64,000 nucleotides of DNA, taken from assembly GCF_009914755.1 (NCBI RefSeq), contig NC_060936.1, one strand, 5' to 3'. Shown here one piece after another: positions 17,150-31,500 of this stretch. The stretch's first letter is position 1. The number at the start of each line of letters is the position of its first letter. Source of the stretch: the human T2T-CHM13v2.0 reference genome, Homo sapiens. A model generated the notes under the pieces. The model was not told where the DNA came from. It was given only the letters and a program-made list of their open reading frames with translations, and ran no database searches. The position numbers and the translations under genes are program-made.

Positions 17150-17950
17150 AAGCGTATCGGGGCCTCGTTCTCGTCTTTCCCTTTCCGCCTTTTAATGGAA
17201 TTGTTTGAGGACTTTTGCTAATGCAGTCATTTCCAGGAGAGGAAGCCGCCTTTCTTCCAGGCCCCAAGCAGCTGGAGTGAATCAGAGGGGCAGCCACATC
17301 TGCACATCCTGTGGGGCAATCGCTCACGCGCGGGTGACGGCGCCAGCAGGCCGGCTGGGGCCGGGGGCGCTTGGGGACCGCGGGGCGGGGCGGGGGCGTA
17401 ACGGGTGGGGCCTCTCGGGGGTGCCTGGGCCGCGCCATCTCCACTTCCGAGCGCGCCCTCCCACCCTGATGAGTAACGCGCCGTCTCTCCCGTTTACTAC
17501 GGCGCCCGGTCGCCTAGCAGCGGGGCGCGTTGCCGCGGCGACAGGCCGGCCGTGTTTGGCATTGTTTGCGAGGCCCCGCCCCGCGGCCGCCAACCACCCA
17601 TGGCTTCCTGACCGGGTCGGGCGGGGGTACCCGGGCTGTTTCTTCCTCTGGGTCTTCCTCCGTCGGTTGAGAACGGTGTCCCGGGGGCCCTCCCAGAGAG
17701 CAGGGACTGCCAGGGCAGGCCAGGGACCCGGCGAGCCGCGGAGGGCGGGGCCACATGTGTCCCGGAGCTGGGCCGGGGCGCTAGGCCACCTGAGGCGCGT
17801 CCCCTCTGCCGCCTGGCGAGGCTGCGCGGGAGGGCGGAGAGACTGGGTAGTCGGAGGGATTCCTTACACCCAGGCCGGTGGGCCAGGGCTCGGGATGTGT
17901 CGAGCTGCTGGAGTCCAAAGTCAGGCATTTCCCTGCCTCTGCCCGGTAAA
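17150..17950. promoter_or_regulatory. CpG island inside GSG1 intron 1
   Basis: Dense CpG and GC content at 17320-17900; multiple GGGGCGGGG boxes; CGCCATCT (YY1-like) and CACTTCCG (ETS). Confidence 0.9.
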
Positions 17951-19669
17951 GCTATGGGTCCCAGGCTCCCGTTCTAAGGGAAGGGGATGTCTGCGTCTCA
18001 TTGGGAAGACCCCAGGGCGGGACTTCACCACCCAGACCCCTCAGCAGATCCGAGTTCTATTTACGACCCAATGCACGACTGCACTGAGGATTTTGGCCAA
18101 GTTACTTAACCTCCCAGAGGGTTAAATTTACCCTCAGGGGTAAATGAGGGCAAAGAGTTGTCCTTCTTAGTTCTGTGAAAATCGAAAACAGGTAGAAGAA
18201 GAGTGCCTCTAAGCAGAAACGAAGGGGAAGTGCACCTGTGCTACCAGCAGACACCTTGCTAGACCCTTCAGACATCTTCCTTAATCCTCACAACCAGCCT
18301 GAAAGGGACGTGGCATCCCCATTCTACAAGTGAGGGTTCCGATTCGGAGGGTTTGACTTGCTCAAGGCCACAAAGCTAGTAAATGGTAAAGTCAACACTG
18401 GCAATCTTTGAGGACTGTTCGCCTGACTCATCACCAGGCTGCCACTCAGTAAAAGCCAAGGCACAGTCACCTTTAACAAAATGTACAGATTGCAGGCCAG
18501 ATTTATGGGACCTCCTGCAGATTGAGGCAATGGATTAAGTGTACTTTATACTTCTCAGGTACATATTAGCAACCAGACGCTCCCATATTCCCTCTGTGTC
18601 TCTCCTGGAAAACCACTGATAAAGAACAATAATAAAATTTATTCTAAGCCATGACTGGCTTTTTCTGTCATGTTCACATCCACTTCTTTGTCATCTATTC
18701 ACTTGGGGCTGCTTCTGAATTAGGGAAGCTGCCTGAACCCACACTCCGATGGCTCTTCAGAACCACCAGCTCAGCTCTGCAGTCCCAGAAGTGCCTCTTA
18801 AGTTATCCTGTTCTTTCCTTTGAGATCCTAACTTCCAGCTGGTCAACAACATACCACATTGCTCCCTGTGTTGGAGTGTATGTACGTGTGTGTGTGTTTG
18901 TGTATGTGCTAGTTTGCTGGCTAATTGCAAGCTTCATTTTTCTCTCCTGAGAAAGGCAAGATATCTGAGAATGAACACCATTTGTTTTTTTAAGTAATCC
19001 TTAGAGCTGAAAGTTGGGAGGCTGGTCGTTTCTGAATGTAGGTCAAATGCTAAACAAGCCGCAACTTCTCTGCAGAGTGTGAGAGTCTTCCTGGTCTGGA
19101 AGGATCCCTGAAGATTCTGCTGGATTCTCTGAGACGAGAAAGAGCTTGACTGTGTGTTGTCCTTCCCAGTTCCAGATCAGAGCTGCCTTCCAGCAGGACC
19201 TTGGGGATGCCCCACTGTTCTCTGGCATAGAGCTTGATGTCTGCTCTTTCAGCTCACTGGGGTGACACACAGCTCTATTGTTGCCACCGCTACTGGGCCT
19301 TTACCAGGCTCCAGATTTTGGCAACGGGAATAATGCAGATGAAAGGAAAAAAGGAGAGGCATAGGGAGCCCTGGGAACAGAAAGGAGAAGGAAGATGATG
19401 AGACAAGGGAAGAAGAAATGGAAGTTTTAATGAAGGAAGATGAAAAGGTAATAGGCCAAGGTATGGACATACCAGTTTTATCTATGAAAACTGGGCTGAG
19501 TGACACATTTTCATTCCATTTTGTAGAACCCTATAGTGCATTTCCAAGCTCTTTACTGTGACCATGTGAAATACATGAAATTGATGAGTTAGTGTAACCT
19601 GTGTTACAAATCCAGCAGTAAAGATATGTGTATGAGATGTTCATGAGATTTCAAAATCACTGTACCTAC

Positions 19670-19717
19670 CTCCTGGGTGAGGCAAACATTTTGAGTCAGT
19701 TGAGAGGGATCGCTCAT
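19670..19717 (-). CDS. GSG1: GSG1 distal alternative first coding exon (MSDPSQLTQNVCLTQE)
   Basis: ATG at 19717, 16 codons, GAG|gtaggt donor, phase 0; spliced CDS is 1020 nt = 339 aa plus stop. Confidence 0.9.
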
Positions 19718-19719
19718 TC

Positions 19720-19950
19720 ACTCTTGCAGCGGGAAGGCAGAGAAGTTTCAGTTTATCTTCTGTTCTGTCTCAATCAGTTGGGTAGAATGAGTGTTTAGCG
19801 TGAGGATGAATCAGGTCCCCTCTTGCCAGCAGAGGGGTAAGGTGGTGTGTGGTGGATTGGAGAGGATGTCCTGAGGGCCAGACACCAGCCAGGGCGGGGT
19901 TGGGTGACCCGTGGGGTTTATTCTGTGATGTCACAACGGCAGTCAGGGGT
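19720..19950 (-). promoter_or_regulatory. GSG1: Putative 5'UTR/promoter of the distal GSG1 first exon
   Basis: GC box GGGCGGGG at 19892-19899, CRE-like TGATGTCA at 19926-19933 and MYB-type CAACGGCAG at 19934-19942, just upstream of the ATG. Confidence 0.55.
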
Positions 19951-20180
19951 CTCCCTGTTGCTCCCTCAGCCTCCTCCCATAAGGATTGGGGGGGGTCATG
20001 CTGGGTACCTACCAGTGGCTGGATGTCTTCTGAGGTCGTCCAGATCAGTGCTTATCTTATTGTGCATAAGATTCACCTGGGGAACTTAGTCAAGTGCAGA
20101 TCCTGACTTAGTCAAGTGCAGAGTCTGGGATGGCTCTCACGTGAGTCCAGCCAGACCACACTGAGTTGTGAGACTCTAGA

Positions 20181-20500
20181 CCAGTGCTGTCAAAGCAAAA
20201 TGCAATGTGGGCAGCATATGTCATTTAAAATTTTCTGGTAGCCACATTAAAAAAAGTAAATTGGACACACATACTGTGATACAGCAATCATATGTTATAC
20301 AATACTATGTTTAAAATGTAGCCCTCCCCACACAATAAAGTTGGGTTTAATGAAAAATATTTTATACTACTTTCATTTTAAAATTAAAATTTAGTGAATT
20401 CAAATTACATAAAATTAGAAATTCAGTTGCTCAGTTGCACTATCCATATCATAAGGGCTCCACAGCCACACATGGCAAGTAGCTACTGTATTGGATGGCA
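20181..20500. mobile_element. MER3/MER33-like hAT-Charlie element
   Basis: ccagtgctgtc...tttaaaattttctggtagccacattaaaa...gccacatggc..gtagctac...ggatggcaca. Confidence 0.55.
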
Positions 20501-21354
20501 CAACTCAAGGCCATTCCCTGAAAAGGTAACAATGTACAGAAATTACCATTCTAAAGGGCTAGTATCTGGAAACCCAGCAAACATTCACTAACATCATTTT
20601 AATGAATACATAATTAGTGTTTGGGGACTGTTAATATGGAGGCATAACTCTCGGAGACTGGAAGAGGGCCTCATCCAGGATTCCAGCTAACAGTCTGGAT
20701 GGGGCCCTCTGCCCTGTGAAACCTGTCACACTCAGTCCTCCTCTGAGCTTTTGCCAGGGTTCCCCTCACTGGGATCCCTTCCTTCTCCTTGCTGCCCTGC
20801 CTAAATCTTACACAACCTCAGGGCACATGATTCCAGTCTCACTACCTTGTGGCTCTAGCCCTCCTTACTCCCCATTTCCTCTTTGCTCATACAGCATGCC
20901 TGCTTTGCTTTTGGTGTGTTAGTCTGTTTCTCTCGTGAAATTCTAAGCTGCTTGAGGACAGAATCTGGTTTTTTACTTCTATCGTGCTTAATATAGTGCC
21001 AAGGGCATAGTAGCTGCTCAAGAAATATTTATTATTTTATTTAATGACCTAAACTACCTAAGGAAGTATCTAAGAGAGAACATCGGATCTCGAAGTGCCA
21101 ATAACTTCCCCAATGGAACAACATGCCTTATTTTTGGCACATCTTAAATTGATCAAGATGTCCGTTATAAGTTAATTTATAAATTTAATACAAATAACCA
21201 TGAGTATTTTAAAAGACCAACACAAGTTGATATTAAAGTTTATATGGGAAAAAAATACACAAGACTAGCTAGGAAAACCCTGAAAAGGAAGAGCTCTGAG
21301 GTGGTGCTAGCCCTAATTGATATAAAGCATACTACAAAGCCTCTATGATTAAAA

Positions 21355-21455
21355 CAACATGGCACATGTATACATATGTAACAAACCCGCACGTTGTGCA
21401 CATGTACGCTAGAACTTAAAGTATATTAAAAAAAACAAAAAAACCAAAAAAAAAC
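21355..21455 (+). mobile_element. ~100-bp L1PA extreme 3' end plus A tail
   Basis: catggcacatgtatacatatgtaacaaacc.gcacgttgtgcacatgtac.ctagaacttaaagtata is the L1PA terminus. Confidence 0.88.
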
Positions 21456-21718
21456 AATGTGGTACTGGTGCATGACTAGACAAACAGGCCAATGGAAGAG
21501 AACAGAAAGTCTAGAGATAAACACAGCTATGTATAGACTTCCAGTATAGGACAAAGGTGATATCTGTAATCACTGGGGCACAGATGATTTTTTTAAGAAA
21601 TGTTGTTGGGATAAACTAGATAGCCATTTAGAAAAATATAAATTATATTTATTTAAAAATCATATACAAGAATAAACTCTAGATGGACTAGAGATCTGAA
21701 TTTTAAAAATGAGATTAT

Positions 21719-22051
<333 letters not shown>

Positions 22052-23484
22052 CTAAATATATGAAAAAATGTTCAACTTCACATATAGTAAACATAATGCA
22101 ATTTAAAACTAGAATGAAATATCACTTCTCATCCACCAGACTGACAAAATTATAAAGTTTGACAGTGCAATCTGTTGATGATGCTGTGGGGAACAGACGC
22201 TCTCACTCATTGCTAGTGGGAATCCCAAATGGTGTACCCCTTTGGTGAATTTGGCAATATCTAACACAACTGCATGTGCATCCCATCACCCAGAAATCCT
22301 ACTTCTAGAAATTTACCCTGAAGATACACCTCCAACAATAGGCATGAAGCTATTCATTACAACATATTTGTAATTGTAAAATATGGAAACTACCTAAATA
22401 AGAATTGGTGGAATTAATTATGGTTCATACACACAATGAGGTACTATGCAGCTATAAAAAACAAAGCAAACAAGGGAGATTTCTATGAACTGATATGGAA
22501 TGCTAAGTACATAAGAGGATATATAGTATACTATCTTTTGTGTAAAAAAGAAAAGAGGGGAAACAAAATGTACATCTATCTGCTTATTGTTACCAAACGA
22601 AGTTCAGGAAGGATAAACCAGAAAACAATAAAGTTGGTTGTTTACTGGGGGTGGGGAATGGAAATGATTCTGGAAGGAGTGACACTTCTCTGAGAAGTTT
22701 TTATGATATAGTTTTGACTTTTGGGAGCATGCTAATGTTCCACATGTTTGAAAATAAAATTATAACAAGTTGAGAAGGAAAAGAAAAGCCTGAAACCAAA
22801 AGCAAATGGAAACAAGTGACCTCAGTGGTATTTCAGATAAATACTATAACCACGCAGAAAGGGAAAAAACAAAAGAAAGAACAAATCCAAGGAACTCTTG
22901 AATACAGTGCTTGACTATCTACTGGTCAGTCTTGGGTAAAGTTGAGTGGGGGAGAATTGCAAACAACTCCTGAACTCTTTTTATTTATTTATAACTGTAA
23001 AAAATTTATTTTATTTTAGATTCAGTGGGTACATGTGCAGGCTTGTTACATGAGTATACTGTGTGATGCTGAGGTTTGGGCTGCTAATGATTTCATCACT
23101 CAAGTAGTGAACATAAGTGAACATGGCATCCGATAGATAGTTTTTCAATACCTGCTGCCCTCTCTCCCTAACCCCCTTTAGAATTCCCAGTGTTTATTGT
23201 TCCCATTTTTGTGTCCATGTGTACCCAATGTTTAGCTCCCACTTATAAATATGCTGTATTTGGTTTTCTGTTTCTGCATTAACTTGCTTAGAATAATGGC
23301 CTCCACCTGCATCCATGTTGCTGCAAAGGACATGATTTCCTTCTTGTTTATGGCTGTGTATTAATAGTATTCCAGGGTGTATATGTACCACATTTTAGGA
23401 ATCTAACCCACCATTGATGGGCAGCTGGGTTGATTCTGTATGTTTGCTATTGTGAATAGTGCTGTGATAAACACACAAGTACAG

Positions 23485-23790
<306 letters not shown>

Positions 23791-25076
23791 AACCCCAAAA
23801 AACATACAAGTGCAGGTGTCTTTTTGATAGAATGATTTATTTTCCTTTGAGTGTGTACCCAGTAATGAGATTGCTGGGTTGAATAGTATTTCTAATTTTA
23901 GTTCTTTGAGAAATTTCCAAACTGCCTTCCACAGGGGCTGAACTAATTTGCATTCCCAGCAACAGTGTATAGGCGTTCTCTTTTCTCTACAACCTTGCTA
24001 ACATCTGTTATTGTTTGATTTTTTGGTAATAGCCATTCTGATTGGTGTGAGATGGTATCTCATTGTGATTTTGATTTGCATCTCTCTGATAATTAGTGAT
24101 TTTGATAATTTTTTCATATGTTGGTTGGTGGCTTGTATGTTTTCTTTTAGAAGTGTCTGTTCATGCTTTTGCCCACTTTTTAATGGAATTATTTGTTTTT
24201 TTTTCTTGTTGATTTGTTTCAGTTCCTTATAGATTCTGGATATTAGGTGTTTGTCAGATGCATAGTTTGCAAATATTTTCTCCCCTTAAGTAGGTTGTCT
24301 GTTTACTCTGTTGATAGTTGCTTTTGCTGTGCAGAAGCTTTTTAGTTTAGTTAGGTCCCAACTGTCAATTTTTGTTTCTGTGGCGTTTGATTTTGAGGAC
24401 TTAGCCATGAATTCTTTGCCTAGACCAATGTCTAGAAGAGTACTTCCTAGGTTTTCTAGGATTTTTATAGCTCGAGGTCTTACATTTAAGTCTTTAATCC
24501 ATCTTGAGTTAATTTTTGTATATGGTGAGAAATAGGGTCTGGTTTCGTTCTTCCGCATATGGCTAGCCAGTTTCCCAGCACCACTTACTGAATAGGTTAT
24601 TCTTTCCCCATTGTTTAATTTTGTTGACTTTGTTGAAGATCAGTTGGTCGTAGGTATGTACCTTGGTTTCAGGGGTCTCTATTCTGTTCCATTGCTATGT
24701 GTTCATGTTTTGTACCAGGTACCATGCTGTTTTGGTTACTGTAGCCTTGCAGTATAGTTTGAAGTTGGGAAGTATGATGTCTCTGGCTTTATTCTTTTTG
24801 CTTAGGATTGCCTTGGCTATTTGGGCCCTTTTTAATTCCATGTGAAGTTTGAAACAGTTTTTTTCTAATTCCGAAAAAATTAATGTTGTAGTTTGATAGG
24901 GAATTGAATCTGTAGTCTGCTTTAGGCAGTATGGTGATTTTAATGATATTGATTATTCCAATCCATGAGCACTGCATGCTTTCCCATTTGTTTATGTTGT
25001 CTATAATTTATTTTAGCAGTGTTCTATAATTCTCTTTGTAGAGATCTTTCACCTCCTTGGTTGGATGTATTCCTAG

Positions 25077-25079
<3 letters not shown>

Positions 25080-25111
<32 letters not shown>
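25080..25111 (+). repeat. (TG)n microsatellite
   Basis: About 16 TG units. Confidence 0.95.
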
Positions 25112-25112
<1 letters not shown>

Positions 25113-25211
25113 ATGGCTATTGTAAATGGGATTGTGTTTTTGATTTCTTGATTTGGTTCTCAACTTGAATGTTATCAGTGTATAGAAATGTTACTGATTT
25201 TTGTGCGTTGA

Positions 25212-25512
25212 TTTTTTTTTTTTTTTTTGAGACGGAGTCTCGCTCTGTCACCCAGGCTGGAGTGCAGTGGCATGATCTCAGCTCACTGCAGCCTCTGCCT
25301 CCTGGGTTCAAGCTATTCTCCTGCCTTAGCCTCCTGCAGGTAGCTGGGATTACAAGCATGCACCACCATGCCCGGCTCATTTTTGTATTTTTAGTAGATA
25401 CGGGGTTTCACCATGTTGGCGAGGCTGGTCTTGAACTCCTGACCTCAAGTGATCTGCCCACCTGAGCCTCCCAAAGTGTTGGGATTACAGGCATGAGTCA
25501 CCACGCCCAGCC
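25212..25512 (-). mobile_element. AluS inside L1
   Basis: TSD tgtgc(g/a)ttgatttt. Confidence 0.92.
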
Positions 25513-28090
25513 TGTGCATTGATTTTATATCCTAAGGCTTTGCAGAAGTTTACCAAGACTAGGAGTTTTTTGGTAGAATCTTTAAGGTTTTCTAGGTATA
25601 GTTTCATATTATCAGCAAAGAGATAGTTTGACAACTTCTTTTCCTAGTTGGATGCCTTTTATTTCTTTCTCTTGCCTGATTGCTCTGACTTTGGGTAATG
25701 TGTTGAATATGAGTGGTGAGAGTGGATATTCTTGTCTTGTTCCCATTCTTAGGGGTTTCCCATTCAGTATTATGTTGGCTGTGGGTTTGTTTTAAGTGGC
25801 TGTTATTATTTTGAGGTACGTTCCTTTGATGCCTAGTTTGTTGAAGGTTTTTATCATGAAGGATGCTGGATTTTATCAAATGCTTTTTCTGAATCTATCG
25901 AGATGATCATATCATATGTTTTTTGTTTTTAAGTATGTTTATGTGGTGTATCGCATTTACTGATTTGTGTATGTTGAGCCATCCTTGCATCCCAGGAATA
26001 AAGCCCACTTGATTGTGATGAATTAACTTTTTGATGTACTGCTGGATTCAGTTTGCTAGTATTTTTTCAAGGATTTTTGTATCCATGTTAATCAGGGATA
26101 TTGGTCTATAGTTTTCTTTTTTTGTTGTGTCTTTGTCAGATTTGGGTATCAGGATGATACTGGTTTTGTAGAATGAGCTAGTGGGGAGTCCCCCCTCCTT
26201 GATATTTTGGAATAGTCTCAGTAGGATTGGTACCAGCTCTTCTTTGTATGTCTGGTAGAATTTGGCTATGAATCCATCTGGTTCAGGGCTTTTTGTGGTT
26301 GTCAGTTTTTTTAAATTATTGATTCTATTTAATTACTCATTCTTGGTCTGCTGAGCTATTTTTAGTGTATATACCTTATTCATCTTGGGGTAGGTTGTGA
26401 AACAATTGTGGAACTATTTTGGATGTATTGTGGGATTGGGCACATGAATAAATGCTGTTGAGAGCCAGAGTTCTCATTATGGGAAAGGAACATCAACATA
26501 TGGAATGGAGGAAGGCAAGAAGGAACCTATGGGTTCGATTGGAATTAGGGGCATCAGTATGAAGTCATGATTTCTTGTATTTATATATGAAATACACACA
26601 TGTACATACATGCATGTACACATAAACACGTATGCATGTATATTTGTCTATGTATATATGCGTATTATATTTGCATACGTATGTGTAAATAAATGAGTAT
26701 TTTTTTTCTAGTTTTATTTACTAAAAGGACTTAGAAAGAAAGATTCCCCAGTAGCAATGAAAAACTAGCACTCAAATCTTGGTCTCTAATACTAAGAGGA
26801 ACTAGAGCTCCTCAAATAAATGTCCAATTCCAGAGCCTGGATAGGGCAGGTAGAAGATGAACCTGGAACATCTTGATATGCCAAAAAGTAAAGAAATGCC
26901 TATGAAAAAATGATGGGGACATTTCACAGGGACACACCAGCCCCCTGAAGGGATTCCTACTGGCTAAATCTGGTACAATTTAAGCACCAAAATAATTAAA
27001 CACAGTATTAAATTATAAGCCACTGGAAAAAAACAGGACTTTGTGAGTCCATATGGATGATAAATAGATAGGCAAATAAATATATACATAAATGAATGAG
27101 AAGAGAAGACTCTTGCTTACTGTACAAAGCAAGGAGCTGACTGGTGAATATGGAGGGTGTGCTGAAGTTGGAAGATCGTAATTTTGCACCTATTCTATTA
27201 AATATGAATTTAGACACGATCATCAATGGATGCTAAATACAGAGGAACATTTTAATGGGGAACAGGCCAGTTGCATGGTCTTAAACTGTCTCCCCACAGA
27301 TTGCTTATTAGTTGTAAGGGAAAAAGTAGCCCTACAATAGGGAACTCAGATAACACTTTACACAGTCAAGAAATCGAATAACAGCTTGACCAGGTAATTA
27401 AAATTGACTTCAGCTTGAGGAGGCAGATGGCCATTGTGTGTCTCCTGAGAAGGGCACAATGTACTTATGTAGTATTCAGGCAGTGACTGTATAACCTGAG
27501 TCTAAACGCAAGAAATCATCATACAAATTCAAAATGAGTAAATACTCCATTTTTAGAAGTTGGATTTGTATTCTTCAAAAATGTCAATGTCAAGACAATA
27601 TTAAAAGCATCTAGGGACCCCCTATACAGTTCTCAACTGTTTTCTAGGGGTAGATGTGAATACATCCGGAACATCTGACATTAGATCCTTTTGGGACTAT
27701 AGGCTCAGGTCCCACTGTGGCTTCCAGGTGTTCATTGCTGTTGATTTCTTGTTTACTCTCTTATTTTTCATATAGGGAAGTGGAACGCTGTTTTTTCTAG
27801 TTCCACCTGGTTCATTCCTGGGGGCAGAGAATATATCTTACTTATCTCTGAAATTCCCACAGTGCCCGAAACACAGGTGCATGCTCAGTTAACATTTGCT
27901 GACCTGAAATGGATTGAATGAATCCAGATTGTTCTAGTATCAGAATTTTTGTCTGGAGGTCTGGGGGAAAAAACCCCTTTAAAATCAAGGAGTGTAGTCT
28001 AATCAGCAGTATTTCCAAGATCTCCTTTTTTTGGATCTGGTGAAAGTGGTATAAGCAAAGCTGGATAAAGAGTTTAGCAGAAAAAGTGGT

Positions 28091-28562
28091 TGTGGTAGGC
28101 TGAAAATACTCCCTGCAACCCCCTGACCCAAAAGATATCCATATCCTGTGACTGTTATTTGCCAAAAAAGGACTTTGCAGATGTGATTAAGTTAAGGATT
28201 TTGAGATAGAGACTATCCTGGATCATCAGGGTGGGCCCTAAATATGATTACATGTATCCTTATGAGAGGGAGGCAGAGGGAGATTTGACACATACTGAAG
28301 AGGAGCAGGCAACACGACTGTGGAGGCAGAGGATGCAGCCACAAGCCAGGGAATGCTGGCAGCCATCCGACGTCAGAAGAGGCAAGGAAGGATTTGCTCC
28401 TGAGCCTCCAGAGAAAGTGCAGTTCTGCTGATACCTTGATTTTGGCTCAAGGAAACAGATTTTAGACTCTTGGCCTCCAGAATTTTGAGAGAATAAATTT
28501 CTGTTGTTTTGAGCCACGAAGTTAGTGATAATTTATTACAGCAGACTTAGAAAAGTAATACA
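28091..28562 (+). mobile_element. MaLR solo LTR (MLT1C/D-like)
   Basis: TG...CA; aataaa near 28492; perfect 5-bp TSD gtggt at 28086-28090 and 28563-28567. Confidence 0.88.
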
Positions 28563-31500
28563 GTGGTAAAATGGAAATTACTTCAATTCCATTTCTACTA
28601 GTAACTCATACGCATACTTTCAGGAAGGCGTGTTCTCTCTGAGCCTTATTGTTTTAATTTATGACATAGAAAAATTGAACACATAAAGATATAGTGCATA
28701 AAGGAGCACAAGTATGAAAAACACAACTTCTTCCTGCAAACCTCTCCTCCCTCTAATAGATAAAGGCAAGTGGTTCCCATCCTTACCTGCTTTCCTTGAT
28801 CCATTCCAGTATTACGGACCACAACATGATCTAAAGTGACCATATGAATAATTCTACCTCTTGCCTTTTCTTTGTTAAAGCATTGTTAGTCTGAGAAAGG
28901 ATCCCACTCAGACTTAAAAAAAAAAATCCCATTGCATTTTCTGATTAGTCATACTCTCCTTAATGAAATTGAACAGACTTAAACTCCTCATCCATAATAA
29001 TAATAATATAATGTTGACTGGCTAATATTTATGGACTACTTAAAATGTACCAGGTACTATGCTATAGACTTTTTTGCTTATTGTCTCATTTAATCTCCAT
29101 AATGCAATAAGGTATGTCCTATTAATATTATTTTACTGAAGAGGAACCTGAGGATGTGGCTTTATTGATGGTGACATATGACTTTCTGATCAATTACAGC
29201 AGGACCACAGTTTTTATGGGGATTCATGCGAGTGGGAGTACTATGGCCGAGATACACATTTTGTCCAACTTGCTATGGTGATTAGCAAATATGTCAGAGT
29301 TTCAGAGAAGGTGACTCTCCATGGAGGCAAACCGAGAGTGGGCAGGATGTATGGAGAGAATTTCCAATGGAGTTTGGACTCTGCTGAGTCATCAGGGACC
29401 CAGACATAACTGCTATTTTAGATTGGATATTGCTCAGGGGAGTCTGCTCGATTATCCAACCACCTCTGGCATCATGCAGCTTTGAGAAGCGGCCAGGGCA
29501 GGACTTTTCTCAAATGTAGGTCATTTGCAGCGTGGCTTTGAAGATTCCAAACCATCTGCATTCTCTATTGAGGAAAAGGTAGTTTTTAACATTTGGATGT
29601 GATACTATCCATGAAGCAAAGAACAATTAAAAAATGCACAAATTTCACTCCTGTTTATATTTCAGTCTCAAGGCTGGTTATGACACTCTTGCTTTTCCTC
29701 TAAATGCAAGTAGTTGCTGTTACCTTAGAAAGATGATGGGACGGATTGTAAGTAGAACTGAGTTGCAGAGTTTGTGGCAGAACTCTTGGGTAAGTCGTGG
29801 AACCTTTGGGTGTTGCCCCTTTAAAAAGTGAATTGATACAACCTTCCCTGCTTACTGCATAAAGACATCATAAGGTTAAAATAAGGAAATATAAACTTCT
29901 TAAGAGCTTTGGATTTAGACTGATCTTGGTTTAAATTCTGCCTTTTCCACTTCTATGCTATAGGACTTTGGGGAAATTTATTCAAAATCTCTATTTTGAA
30001 TACATTTAGTCCTCAGTTTCTATATGCAAAGAGTGGAGATAATAAAAGCTACTTCATAGAGTCTTAGAGGGGATTTAATGAGATGACAATTATAAAGCAT
30101 TTACATGTGCACAGAGTAAACATTTAATTAATGGAAACTATTATTAATGTTCACACTTTATATGTTTATATAAAAGGAATTAAAAGGTGAAAAAGAATTA
30201 AACAGTATATTAGTTGTAGTAGTAGTAGAACATGCAAGGCTTGCGAAATTAAAGCATGCGTCTGAATCTATGCAAGTGTGTTTTGATTTACTAATGACAG
30301 TAAGCAAGGTGAATATGCTTGTTCCAGTGATTGGCTTCAGACATAGGAGTATGACCAAACTCTAATGAGTTTTCCTTGGTTGAGACATAGCACACCTATG
30401 TTTAGACTTCATGTACTGGTATTTGGTGAAGCATTTTATGTCCTGTTAACTTGATATTCGTCTTCTTCTATTTCCTCTTGAGACTGTAAATTCCTTGAGC
30501 ATAATGACAGCATTTCCTCTGTGGCCGTAAAGCCCTGAAGGGCTTGGTGAGGACTGTGTGGGTGTTCAATATATTAAGTACTAATTGGTGCCAGAGGAAA
30601 GCTGAGATTGTTATTAACTTTTCCACCCAATGTGATTCTGGGGAGCTGAATGTGGTGCACACAGGGAGCGGGCTCTAGAAAGCCTAATGATTTGCCAGGA
30701 ATTCGGGGCCGCTTACAAAGGAATGCTTGAGCGGCTCTCTCCCCAGGGCTTCCATCGACAGTGGCGTGAACGAAAGTACATTCTATAAAGCAAAGAGGAT
30801 TGGTTCTGCCTCCTTTAGTTCTCTTTTGAAGTGCTGCCTTTCATTAATTTAGACACTGAAGTCCATGCCTCACCACTCCCTAGCCGTGGGAGCTTGAGTA
30901 TGTCATTAGGTCACTTTGAGCTTCAGTTTTTTTATTTTTAAAACAGGAGTGATAATATCAATTCCGTTTACTTCACGGGGTTGTCATCAGCATCCGATGA
31001 GATAGTATACAGACAAGCTATGCACACTGTCAGGCATGATACACATGGAAGATACTATTATGATGTCATCAGCTAGGGCCTTGGTCTTTATTGGTGGCTT
31101 CCTTCCTCAGAGATGACAATCAGCTGCGTTCAAAGCTTTACATGCTTCCTTGGCTTCTAGGAGGGATGGCTGTACAGAGCACTCTGGGGGCTGAGCCCCT
31201 TGGTGGCCCCAGTTCTCCAGTGCATGGACTGTGCTTCGATTGTCCCCAAACAGCACAGATGCAAACCTGTCTGTCCTTCAGAAGTAAAGGAGAGGTGCAT
31301 GAATATATTCCCCCATTCCAACACACGTGTGTTCACATGGACTAGCCACTGTTTCACGCAGGGCCCCTGGGAGCACTGGCCGGCATTTAGGAAATGGCTG
31401 GCTGTGAGTGGGGTGCTTTTGAGGACCCCAGAGCAGAATTTCCCTGTGGGAAGGTAACCAGCCCCTAGTGGATCAGGGCTCCTGGTGTTTTCTGGGTCTT

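Noticed and set aside
17205-18125. 306-aa ORF and overlapping minus-strand ORFs in the CpG island
   Set aside because: Non-ATG start, Arg/Gly/Ala/Pro-rich; long open frames are expected in GC-rich, stop-poor DNA; no recognisable domain
24286-25879. L1 ORF2-like ORFs as an active element
   Set aside because: Fragmented by stops, frameshifts and an Alu insertion; 5'-truncated
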